Origin: Candidatus Undinarchaeota archaeon | GTDB lineage: Archaea > Undinarchaeota > CAZWFW01 | Length of the DNA stretch: 45,845 nucleotides | Direction of reading: 5' to 3' | Assembly (NCBI GenBank): GCA_964633445.1 | Contig: CAZWFW010000003.1 | Location: 1-45,845 of the forward strand | Shown: positions 1 to 7,858 of the stretch, in pieces | Layout: each line of letters starts with the position of its first letter | How positions within the stretch are numbered: position 1 is the first letter of the stretch | Notes under the pieces: model-generated | Databases searched by the model: none | What the model was told of the DNA's origin: nothing | Seen by the model: the letters and a program-made list of their open reading frames with translations, nothing else | Made by a program: the position numbers and the translations under genes

Positions 1-50
1 CCCCCGGCGGGACTTTCTCGGTTTGTGCAGTTCCCTCCTTTCTGCTATAA
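1..50 (-). ncRNA. Possible 5' portion of RNase P RNA, truncated by the window edge
   Basis: The first ~45 nt are markedly GC-rich in an AT-rich window. The minus strand reads GCAGAAAGGAGGGAACUGCACAAACCGAGAAAGUCCCGCCGGGGG. It contains GAGAAAGUCC, one base off the universally conserved RNase P RNA CR-I/P4 motif GAGGAAAGUCC, preceded by a GCAG...CUGC hairpin (P3-like). AT-rich TATA-like boxes lie upstream on the minus strand (46-51 and ~96-107), so the RNA may start nearer position 85. Only a fragment is visible. Confidence 0.35.
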
Positions 51-125
51 ATGAAATAATATAAGTAAAACTCTTCTACTCGTCTCCTAGCTAATATTTT
101 TAAATTAATCAAAATAATTACTAGG

Positions 126-1097
126 CTAATCAGCGAATAAATATTTCTTTTGTGGGTTTGCAAGCAAAAGTATATTTCTTATAGCCTCTTTATTAGCAAT
201 CTTTAGCAAATTCATGTAAGCGTTCATAGTATCATTTCTTGTTATTCTAACGAATTTATCTACCTCGTCAAGAATAAATGGGAAAACATTTTTGCTGCAT
301 AGTTTAATTAAATAGCTGATTATCTCCTCCAGTTGTTCCTCGTTTGCAAATATCTCTACTTTGTTTCCTATGTTCGTTTTAAAGGCAACAACATATACAT
401 CTCCATAAGTTGGCAATTTGGTAATCGCATCCTTAGCATTATCAACAGCCTTCCCTACACTTTTCAAGTACCTCGCATATTTTTCAACCGCATCCCTTAA
501 TTTTCCAATGACGAAGTATTCGTTCTCATCCAAAACATACGTGATCGCAGCTCTGTCGTAAACTAGATTCTTTTCAGGCATATTGCAGAGCATAGCAATG
601 TATAAGCTTCTAACACGCTTAGGAAATCCGATTATTGCAACATTGTTTTCTCTAGCCAAATTAAGCAATTTTTTCAGGGTATCAACTAACTTATTGCTTA
701 TTTTAAAGGGGGCTCCTGGGAAGTTGTTTATTGGACCGTCTAAGATTATAATATCTGCTTTATCATCTCTCTCTTCAATGATCTTAACCGCAAGTTCTCT
801 CTCCTTTTTAATTAAAAAATTCGTTATTTCCTCCTTCTCACTCAATTTAACCCCGTAGTAAATCTCTTTATCACCCAAATTGCTCAAATAACCATAGGAA
901 TAAGCATAGAATTCTCCATTAAGAACATCCAAGGGAGGGGTTGAATAGCTGGAGTCGATCGCAAAAACGTTAAATTTCTTGGAAATCTCTTTAGCTTTTT
1001 TGGCTTTTATCTCCGTTTTAAATTTCTTCAGCTCTTCAGGTATTATTAAGCTATTTGCAATATCTCGTAATTCCTTTGCTAGGCTAGGTAATAACAT
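126..1097 (-). CDS. nurA: NurA-family 5'-3' nuclease
   Basis: 323-aa ORF with acidic motifs FAIDSSYS and IILDGP at NurA-like spacing. It sits head-to-head with a HerA-like ATPase, the canonical NurA partner. The assignment comes from motif and context recall only. Confidence 0.65.
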   Translation of the reverse strand: MLLPSLAKELRDIANSLIIPEELKKFKTEIKAKKAKEISKKFNVFAIDSSYSTPPLDVLNGEFYAYSYGYLSNLGDKEIYYGVKLSEKEEITNFLIKKERELAVKIIEERDDKADIIILDGPINNFPGAPFKISNKLVDTLKKLLNLARENNVAIIGFPKRVRSLYIAMLCNMPEKNLVYDRAAITYVLDENEYFVIGKLRDAVEKYARYLKSVGKAVDNAKDAITKLPTYGDVYVVAFKTNIGNKVEIFANEEQLEEIISYLIKLCSKNVFPFILDEVDKFVRITRNDTMNAYMNLLKIANKEAIRNILLLANPQKKYLFAD

Positions 1098-1130
1098 AAA
1101 AATATTAAAACAATGCTTAAGTTAAAAATA
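1098..1130. promoter_or_regulatory. Compact bidirectional promoter region for the nurA / herA-like pair
   Basis: Pure A/T tract. On the minus strand TTTTTAA (1122-1128) lies ~24 nt upstream of the nurA ATG (1097). On the plus strand ATATTAAAA (1102-1110) lies ~20 nt upstream of the second herA ATG (1131). This spacing is typical of archaeal TATA boxes driving leaderless mRNAs. Confidence 0.35.
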
Positions 1131-2729
1131 ATGCTTGAGGAAGTTTGGAATAAAACAAAGAAAAGACTTGTTGGCTACACGCTGTCGAATGCGAAATCTT
1201 ACGCTGTGCCAATTCACGTTATTAGTAATGAGATTTTGCAGGAAGAAGAAATCTTAGCAATTGAAGATGGCAGCAGACTTTTAGTAGGAGTGCTAAGAAA
1301 TCTGTGCTCATTAGAGCCGTCTTTAAGGCAGGAGGATACCTCTCATTTTATCTGGAAACCAGAGTTACTGAAGGAATGTCAAGAGCTACTTAGCAGCTAT
1401 GTTACTGGGAATGTCTATATAATTGGGCAAGTTGTTGAGGAAAATGGCAAAGTTATTATGCAAGAGAATAGAATGCCCCCGAAGGCTGGCAGATATGTTT
1501 ATGCTATTGAATCTCCAGAAATACTTGAAAGTTGCGTTAAAATCGATAACGCTCTGAGAGTTGGTATTCATAAATATGCAAAATGGCAGTTTCCTCTGGA
1601 TTCAAAATTTCTAAATTATCACATTGGAATTTTTGGTGCCACCGGTACAGGCAAATCAAGACTTTGCGTAGCCTTAGTACGCGAAATTATAAGTAAGACT
1701 GGCTATAATGTTATTGTTTTTGATCACTCTGGAGTGGATTATGTTAATTTCTTTGAAAATGCTGAGATAATTGATTCAAGCAAAATCTACATACCTCCAA
1801 ATATCATTGCAAATACCTTAGTTAAGCAAGCAAATCTATCATGGCAGAGTTATGGGGATTACTTTGAGATTGTTACGATGATATACGATGAGCTAAGAGC
1901 TGGCTCTTTCAAATCTTCGGAATTTCTGCAAGCCTTGCTGGAGCTCATGCAAAGATTAAGGGAAAGGGAAAGAAGGGTTAATGTACCTAGGATTTTTGAG
2001 GAGGTTGTTAGTACTCAGGCACAAGCTACGCTTAGAGGTTTTAGCAATGATACTGCCAGCAGTATAATTGCTAAGGAAGGATGGAATGTTAAGTTATTTG
2101 TCGATATGCTCAGCGACATAATGCTTTCTTTGGGAAGTAGGGCTCCAAATATAATCAAGGCAGCATCATTCATTTACTGGTTCATAAATCAGAAGGATTT
2201 CCAGAAGCTTAATGAAAGGAGTGTAAAGGCTGAGGATATTGTTAGAACTGCTTTGGAGAGAAGGATCGCCATTGTTGATATGAGCAAGGATAGCGAGATT
2301 GAGATTAAGAGGGCTATTGTTAAGTCTATAATGGATGCAGCATGGCAGATTACCTTAGCTGCTGCTAAACCTCTAAATCTTATCTTTGTTATAGATGAAG
2401 CTCAGAATTATGCCTGCAGCGAATGGACGTTGTGCAAAGATGTTATTGAAAAAACGGCAAGGGAGGGGAGAAAGTGGCAGCTAGGAATAATACTACTCAG
2501 CCAGAGGATTGTTGCAGATATAGATGCCTCAATTAGAGCTAATCTTAACACAATTTTCTTTGGTAAACTAACGGCGCAAACTGATGTTAATGAGTTAAGC
2601 AAGTATTTAGCTCTAGCTGGTGTTGATTATCCAACTCTTGCTAGGTTGCAAGAAAGGGAATTTTTTGTCGCTGGTTTAATGAACCCGATTGATGTGCCAA
2701 TATTGATCAATGTTAAGGAAGTTAATTAA
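1113..2729 (+). CDS. herA: HerA-like (DUF87) hexameric ATPase/helicase
   Basis: 538-aa ORF. An N-terminal barrel-like region is followed by Walker A GIFGATGTGKS, Walker B IFVIDEAQNY and an ILLSQR segment, as in HerA/FtsK-type ATPases. The ATG at 1131 (MLEEVW...) is an alternative start that fits the promoter geometry better. Confidence 0.75.
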   Translation: MLKLKIMLEEVWNKTKKRLVGYTLSNAKSYAVPIHVISNEILQEEEILAIEDGSRLLVGVLRNLCSLEPSLRQEDTSHFIWKPELLKECQELLSSYVTGNVYIIGQVVEENGKVIMQENRMPPKAGRYVYAIESPEILESCVKIDNALRVGIHKYAKWQFPLDSKFLNYHIGIFGATGTGKSRLCVALVREIISKTGYNVIVFDHSGVDYVNFFENAEIIDSSKIYIPPNIIANTLVKQANLSWQSYGDYFEIVTMIYDELRAGSFKSSEFLQALLELMQRLRERERRVNVPRIFEEVVSTQAQATLRGFSNDTASSIIAKEGWNVKLFVDMLSDIMLSLGSRAPNIIKAASFIYWFINQKDFQKLNERSVKAEDIVRTALERRIAIVDMSKDSEIEIKRAIVKSIMDAAWQITLAAAKPLNLIFVIDEAQNYACSEWTLCKDVIEKTAREGRKWQLGIILLSQRIVADIDASIRANLNTIFFGKLTAQTDVNELSKYLALAGVDYPTLARLQEREFFVAGLMNPIDVPILINVKEVN

Positions 2730-2739
2730 TTGAGTTAGT

Positions 2740-3789
2740 TTACAACCCAATCATTTCTTTCTCTATAGCATAAAAGCAATAAGGATCATTGTGAAATTGG
2801 CCTGTAATTGTGTAGGACATAGCATTGCAACCGCCTCTGCATTTCATAGCATACTTGCAGTTTCTGCAGTTGGGCCCAAGCATTTCTTTGTTAAATTTCC
2901 TATTATATGCGAAATTATTAGGATCCTCCCAGATTTCTCTTAGGCCCCTTTCCCTAACATTACCCTCTATAAACTTATCGTGAGCCATTGATAAACAACC
3001 CACAATTCCTCCATCACTTGTAACTCCTATAGCCTCTATTCCTGCTATACAACCGTTCCATCCCTCGCATCCAGGAAGTATTTTTGAAAAATACCCAAAG
3101 CAATGCGCACCTATAACGGGTAAATCCTCAAATCTATTTTTTAACCTCTCCTTTGCTATCCACAGCGCAACAGCATAAAATTCTTCTCTTGAAAGCATGT
3201 ACTCCCTTTTGAAATTTCCGAAAGGCATTGCAACCTGAATTTGCCAATTTACATTTTTCTTGAAAAGCAACTCCTTCATTCTTGGCAGATCTCTAAAGTT
3301 GATTTTGCTTACTGTTGTAATCATAGTTGTTTGAATGTCTCTTTCCCTAAGTAGATCTATTGCTTTAACCGTCTTTTCCCAGGTTCCTTTGCCTCGTATT
3401 TTTTCATGGTTTTCTTTCATACCATCCAGGCTTATTCCAACAACTTTTGGTTCAAGCAAAGCAATTTTATCTATAAACCTATGCAAAATGGTACCATTGG
3501 AAACAAAGGATAAGTTCATTCCCAAATCTTTGATGCATGAAGCCACTTCAAACCAATCTTTTCTTAGGAAGGGTTCGCCTCCCATTAAAGAAACATCCTC
3601 GCAACCAAGCTCAGCAAGTTCCTCGCAAAGTTTGAAGCATTCCTTTGTTGTAAGCTCATTAGGCCTAGGTATCCCGGCAGAAGATCCGCAATGAAGACAT
3701 CTTAAATTACATTTAAGGGTGAATTCCCATACACAACACCTAAGCTTATAGGCTAATTTATTTTTTTCAGATTCTCTATTCCACGACAT
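2740..3789 (-). CDS. Radical SAM enzyme with C-terminal SPASM domain (peptide/protein maturase type)
   Basis: 349 aa. CNLRCLHC (CxxxCxxC) lies near the N-terminus, followed by a GGEPFL SAM-binding segment. The C-terminal Cys cluster GCIAG...GCLSM...CRNCKYAMKCRGGCNAMSY...PYCFY is typical of SPASM auxiliary Fe-S domains. Confidence 0.85.
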   Translation of the reverse strand: MSWNRESEKNKLAYKLRCCVWEFTLKCNLRCLHCGSSAGIPRPNELTTKECFKLCEELAELGCEDVSLMGGEPFLRKDWFEVASCIKDLGMNLSFVSNGTILHRFIDKIALLEPKVVGISLDGMKENHEKIRGKGTWEKTVKAIDLLRERDIQTTMITTVSKINFRDLPRMKELLFKKNVNWQIQVAMPFGNFKREYMLSREEFYAVALWIAKERLKNRFEDLPVIGAHCFGYFSKILPGCEGWNGCIAGIEAIGVTSDGGIVGCLSMAHDKFIEGNVRERGLREIWEDPNNFAYNRKFNKEMLGPNCRNCKYAMKCRGGCNAMSYTITGQFHNDPYCFYAIEKEMIGL

Positions 3790-3821
3790 CTTAATGCTTT
3801 CTCTTTAGCATCTCTACTCAT

Positions 3822-4190
3822 TCATCTCCTATAAGCATCATATTTAATGGCATACCCAAATATCTGCTGTCCTAGCTTGTAAGAGGAAACAAATGCTATT
3901 ATAGAAAAAAGAAGTGTAACAAAAATGCTTGCTACCTTTTCTCTTTTGCTCATGGTAGAAACTACACCTGGGGCTACCATAGCTCTGCTATAGGGATAAC
4001 CCTCACAATTTATGCAAACCGGATTATTTCCTCCCAAGATGAGCCCTAGAATGGCGGATGCTATTATAATAACGAGGTTTGGCAAAATAAGTTTTGCCTT
4101 TCCAATTATCGAGGAGCTCCTTGCAATATCCTTTATTTCCTTTTCGTTTACTTGCATTATTTTCCCTATTTCGAGAAGTTTCTCATTCAT
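3822..4190 (-). CDS. Small membrane protein, paralog B (122 aa)
   Basis: Two clear hydrophobic helices. Its start overlaps the stop of paralog A (ATGA). It aligns with paralog A along its whole length. Its loop carries CINCEGYPYS. Confidence 0.6.
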   Translation of the reverse strand: MNEKLLEIGKIMQVNEKEIKDIARSSSIIGKAKLILPNLVIIIASAILGLILGGNNPVCINCEGYPYSRAMVAPGVVSTMSKREKVASIFVTLLFSIIAFVSSYKLGQQIFGYAIKYDAYRR

Positions 4191-4567
4191 TTCCTCGAAT
4201 ATACGTTATATTCTATGGCTTGTCCAAAAATAGGTTGGGATTTTATTGCAAGGAGAAAGACAAGTATTGAGAGTATTAGTATCGCAGTTTTTGATCTTCT
4301 TTTTTCTTTTAATGCTGCAGGTATAGCGAGGCCTACTACAGCAAATGGATAACCATGAGGAGATGTAGCTGGGCAAGCTCTCTTTCCTATAAGGTAACCT
4401 GCGATAAAGGAAACTATTGCAATTATTATGCCTAATATCCAGTAAATTAATTTGTTTACAGAGCCTCTCCTTCCCATTCTTTTGATATCTCTCTCCTCCA
4501 CCCCTAAACTTTTTGCTATTCCCATAATTCTATCAAAGCTCATAAAATAATAGTAGCTAAAACTCAC
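4187..4567 (-). CDS. Small membrane protein, paralog A (126 aa)
   Basis: Same architecture as paralog B: short HTH-like N-terminal segment IAKSLGVEERDIKRM, a TM helix, the loop CPATSPHGYPF, a second TM helix, and the tail FGQAIEYNVYSRK. It starts 13 nt downstream of the methyltransferase stop. Internal ATGs (M9, M15) are possible alternative starts. Confidence 0.6.
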   Translation of the reverse strand: MSFSYYYFMSFDRIMGIAKSLGVEERDIKRMGRRGSVNKLIYWILGIIIAIVSFIAGYLIGKRACPATSPHGYPFAVVGLAIPAALKEKRRSKTAILILSILVFLLAIKSQPIFGQAIEYNVYSRK

Positions 4568-4580
4568 TAATAAAATTATT

Positions 4581-5858
4581 TCAAAGATCTTCCCAAACAG
4601 GTTGTGGTGGTATCTCTTTAGGATCTGTATGAAATAAACCCATTTCTGCTTTCACATTCTTTCTTAGTTTGCTATTCTTCAACAGCAAATACGCCCTTTT
4701 GTAGTATTCCTCCACTCTGTTCTTTTCATAATTTCCCATTGCTATCTCCAATCTTGCCAAATTCCACCATACCATGGGATTGGAGGGGTTAATATTGGAG
4801 GATTTCTTTAACAATTCTAATGCTTTGTTGAATTTTCCTTTGTAAAACATTTTTATTCCCATATTACATAACTTCATAGCTTTCAGCATTACCAAATCGA
4901 AATCGAAAATCTGAATACTTTCAGATGGTAAACTCAAAATATATTCCAACCTTTCCAGCTCTATTTTTTCGCTTTTAGCAACTTTGTAAACTAGATTTTT
5001 TATATCTTCCACAAATCTTTCAAACTCCTGAATAACATTCAACGATTTCTTTCTTCTAATCCATAGGGAAAAAATTTTATTGCTGAACTCCTTCTCTGCT
5101 AGTAACTCTGCAAGTGATAGGATATTTTTGTTTAAATTTGAAAATTCGAAATTCATAGCTTCTTGAAGAAATACTTTGGGTATCACGGGGCAATGTAATG
5201 AAATTTCCGAAATTATTTGCCTTTCCCAATCAAGATCTCTTTTCGAAAAAATATCTATTGCTTTAGCTACGTACTTCTCAAGTGGTATTAATAAAAGGGA
5301 ATCCTTAAAATAACTTAACTCTTTTCTAAGTTTGCTTCTGAATTCTGCAAAAAACTGATATTCCTTACAATCTATAGGTTTTCTGCATATAACTCTCATC
5401 CCGGGATCATAGATATGAGTTTTAGCCTTTTTCTTCGAAATTTTCTCATAACCTATCTCCTTTAGCACACTTTTCAACAGATCGAATGTAAACCCAGTTT
5501 TATGTTGCATTCCTAGGCTATCTATTCCATAAATCCATTGTAAGGTTTTTTCTTTATCTCTACTTTTCAAAAATTTTTTAAAAGATTTCTCAAGATCTGG
5601 GGTTTCCAAGATTAGAAATCCACCTGACTTTAAAACCCTAAACCATTCGCTTAGAACATACTTGCAATGGATGTAATCAAAATGTTCAATTAGGTGGTAC
5701 GCCTCCATTCTGTCAACGCTGTTCGATTCGAATGGTAGATCTTCAACATCGCATAAAACATCTGGTATTTCTTTGTTATAGCAATCTATGTTGATGTAAC
5801 CAACTTTGTATATGTCTCCACATCCTAGGTGAAGCTTTATTTCATCTTTTGCAGGCAT
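4581..5858 (-). CDS. Class I SAM-dependent methyltransferase fused to a helical/TPR-like C-terminal region
   Basis: 425 aa. The N-terminal ~150 aa carry LHLGCGD, a DLPFESNSVD acidic loop and LKSGGFLILETPD (Methyltransf_11-like). The C-terminal end has TPR-like repeats (NKALELLKKSSNINPSNPMVWWNLARLEIAMGNY). Confidence 0.75.
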   Translation of the reverse strand: MPAKDEIKLHLGCGDIYKVGYINIDCYNKEIPDVLCDVEDLPFESNSVDRMEAYHLIEHFDYIHCKYVLSEWFRVLKSGGFLILETPDLEKSFKKFLKSRDKEKTLQWIYGIDSLGMQHKTGFTFDLLKSVLKEIGYEKISKKKAKTHIYDPGMRVICRKPIDCKEYQFFAEFRSKLRKELSYFKDSLLLIPLEKYVAKAIDIFSKRDLDWERQIISEISLHCPVIPKVFLQEAMNFEFSNLNKNILSLAELLAEKEFSNKIFSLWIRRKKSLNVIQEFERFVEDIKNLVYKVAKSEKIELERLEYILSLPSESIQIFDFDLVMLKAMKLCNMGIKMFYKGKFNKALELLKKSSNINPSNPMVWWNLARLEIAMGNYEKNRVEEYYKRAYLLLKNSKLRKNVKAEMGLFHTDPKEIPPQPVWEDL

Positions 5859-6006
5859 TTTAGTTTTTATTTTAGTTTATTGGAAAAATTGTGCATCGGA
5901 AATTTATACATTATAGCAGCTATAAATAAGTCTGTTACACCACTTTTTGCTACTCATCCATAATAAAGGATTTTATGGAATCATGTTAATTAAACAAAAG
6001 AAAAAA

Positions 6007-7140
6007 TCACCGCTTAACTTCGAATATCACACTATAATTGGGAGGTATTTTCTGGACCAATACCCAATTCATTTTTCCTATTATCATTTCGCAAGGACCC
6101 TTTTCAATGACTTTTATAGAGAAAATGATTCTTTTATTGACATCATCCTTGTAAACTTTTCTTTCAAAACTAACGGAGCACCCACCACCATAAGCATATT
6201 TACCGAGCAAGGTATATCTCGAGAAATCTATTGAGGGTAGTTGAAAATCTGCGCATTCTGGAACAGAAGCTTTATGATTTAAAAGTTCTTGATACTCTTC
6301 TCCAGAATTAATAACATATTCATTATGCGGATCCACAATACAACGTAATTGCTCTGTCATATCTATAAATTGCATCTCTTCTCCGTGAAACCGTGGAACA
6401 TAGTGTGTTACCAATATAATTGCTAAAATTAATCCTAAAATTGATGCTGGAAGTAAATATTTTCTTTCTATTTTTTTAGATTTTGACGCAATAGTACCTA
6501 TCAAGATACCAACAATTATTCCAATAATGAGGATAATAGCAATAGTTATTTCGCTTTTCTCTTTTTCATTTAAGATTAGCGTATCAGTTTCCGACTCAAG
6601 TTCTGGCATACCGCTAATTCTAAAAACAACAGGTATGTTTTCAATACCTAACTTTCTAGCTTCTTCATCTATTATTTCATATATTTCCTCTGTTAGGGTC
6701 TCATTATATTCAAAATCCTTTTTAAAATCTACAAAGAAATACCCATATATGCTGTATCCATAAGTGATTACGGGACCTGCTGGATACTTAAATTCTTTAA
6801 GGCTCTGGCTTTCTCTTAAAGAATCTCCGAGTTCATCCAATTTTTCAAACCATTCCTTTTTCTCCGTCTTGTTTTCGAATTTGGGAATTTTTCCACGTAT
6901 GTCTATTACTATTTCCTCACAAAGTTTCATGCAAATTTCTTCACTTTTGCCAGATTCTATACAATCTTCGATTTCTGACTTTAAAAATTCTTTGCATTCT
7001 TCTTCAGAAAATGCATGAGCTATTTTCAGAAAGAAAATTAAAAATACAAATACAGCAACAATTTTTGTATAATTTCTCACTCCCTCTGACTTTTTAGATA
7101 TTTTATTATACATAAGAATAAACATTACTATTAAACTCAT
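6007..7140 (-). CDS. Membrane protein of unknown function with C-terminal PrcB_C-like beta domain
   Basis: 377 aa. It has an N-terminal signal/anchor (IVAVFVFLIFFLKIAHA), an acidic extracytoplasmic domain and two central TM helices. The C-terminal ~120 aa (INSGEEYQELL...SIDFSRYTLLG...GGGCSVSF...) resemble the PrcB C-terminal domain pattern as I recall it. Confidence 0.5.
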   Translation of the reverse strand: MSLIVMFILMYNKISKKSEGVRNYTKIVAVFVFLIFFLKIAHAFSEEECKEFLKSEIEDCIESGKSEEICMKLCEEIVIDIRGKIPKFENKTEKKEWFEKLDELGDSLRESQSLKEFKYPAGPVITYGYSIYGYFFVDFKKDFEYNETLTEEIYEIIDEEARKLGIENIPVVFRISGMPELESETDTLILNEKEKSEITIAIILIIGIIVGILIGTIASKSKKIERKYLLPASILGLILAIILVTHYVPRFHGEEMQFIDMTEQLRCIVDPHNEYVINSGEEYQELLNHKASVPECADFQLPSIDFSRYTLLGKYAYGGGCSVSFERKVYKDDVNKRIIFSIKVIEKGPCEMIIGKMNWVLVQKIPPNYSVIFEVKR

Positions 7141-7545
7141 ATTTAAGACTTCGGCTGAAAGAGGCTGTTAATATACAATAATTTCCTAAAGTCAAAAGTT
7201 AATAGGCAAAGCTCCTCAATAATTCTAGCAGGCGAGCAAAACGCAAGCACTTGAATTATTTGCAAAACTATTTAAAAGTATTTAGGCTTATTTTTGTGTA
7301 AGATTTGTGGAATTGCTTTAAAATTAGTCATGAAGCATTAGAAAGATTTTCAGGAAAACAAGAAGGTTGTTTTGAACTAAAGATTCTATAGTTGCTTTAA
7401 TGCTAGGAGCTGTATTGAAATTCAGGTTGTTTATGGTTTTGTTTGAGTTTTACAGCTGTATAACTTGTTTTATCAAGAGGTGTAGGTTGGCAGGTTTGGC
7501 TACACTTTCGAAATTTTAAAATTTTGTAACGTTATATTATACGTA

Positions 7546-7842
7546 ATGGATGGTAGAGACGCCTACATAGAACTAATGCAGGCTATTCTCAACAAAATTA
7601 AGCAAATAATAGGATTGAAACGTGCCGTTAAATTCGCAAGGAATGCCAAAAGCGTTCAGATAAGTGATAATGGGGTAGTTCTAAGTTATAAAGGAGATCC
7701 TGTAAAGGCTCTTGAAGAACTGGTAGCGCAATATGAAAAAATTGCTGGTGCGGTTGCATTGATGTTTTGCAGGCAAGCGATAGAACCTTTACTTGAGAAA
7801 TATCCTAGTATAAAGCTTCCAGAAAAATTGATTAAAAAGTAA
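7546..7842 (+). CDS. Hypothetical protein (98 aa)
   Basis: Unopposed ORF with ordinary composition, 16 nt upstream of the NFACT gene. I recognise no family. Confidence 0.45.
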   Translation: MDGRDAYIELMQAILNKIKQIIGLKRAVKFARNAKSVQISDNGVVLSYKGDPVKALEELVAQYEKIAGAVALMFCRQAIEPLLEKYPSIKLPEKLIKK

Positions 7843-7858
7843 TCTTAGGTTTTAGCTT

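Noticed and set aside
1-9. Reading the window edge as the 5' end of a minus-strand tRNA (GCCGGGGG...).
   Set aside because: The ~35 nt upstream of that point are themselves GC-rich and contain the GAGAAAGUCC motif. That fits a longer structured RNA better than an AT-rich tRNA leader. Only 8 nt of the putative tRNA would be visible, so the idea is untestable here.
583-4352. Track ORFs 583-858, 1386-1571, 2408-2602, 3335-3694, 4012-4233 and 4152-4352.
   Set aside because: All lie wholly inside and antisense to longer ORFs with recognisable families (NurA, HerA, rSAM, the small-protein pair). Their Ser/Leu/Phe/Ile-rich low-complexity composition is what the reverse complement of Lys/Glu-rich AT-rich genes produces.
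126-5858. Treating NurA/HerA and the rSAM operon as one island or defence locus, possibly integrated next to the edge RNA gene.
   Set aside because: herA and the rSAM gene are convergent (stops 10 nt apart), so they are not co-transcribed. No integrase, direct repeats or obvious compositional break are visible. The linkage may be coincidental, so I report them separately.
7400-7519. A 39-aa ORF (MLGAVLKFRLFMVLFEFYSCITCFIKRCRLAGLATLSKF) in the 405-bp spacer. A similar case is a ~30-aa minus-strand ORF near 39210-39300 upstream of metG.
   Set aside because: Neither has coupling to neighbours, a recognisable motif or a convincing promoter spacing. They cannot be told apart from chance ORFs without comparative data.
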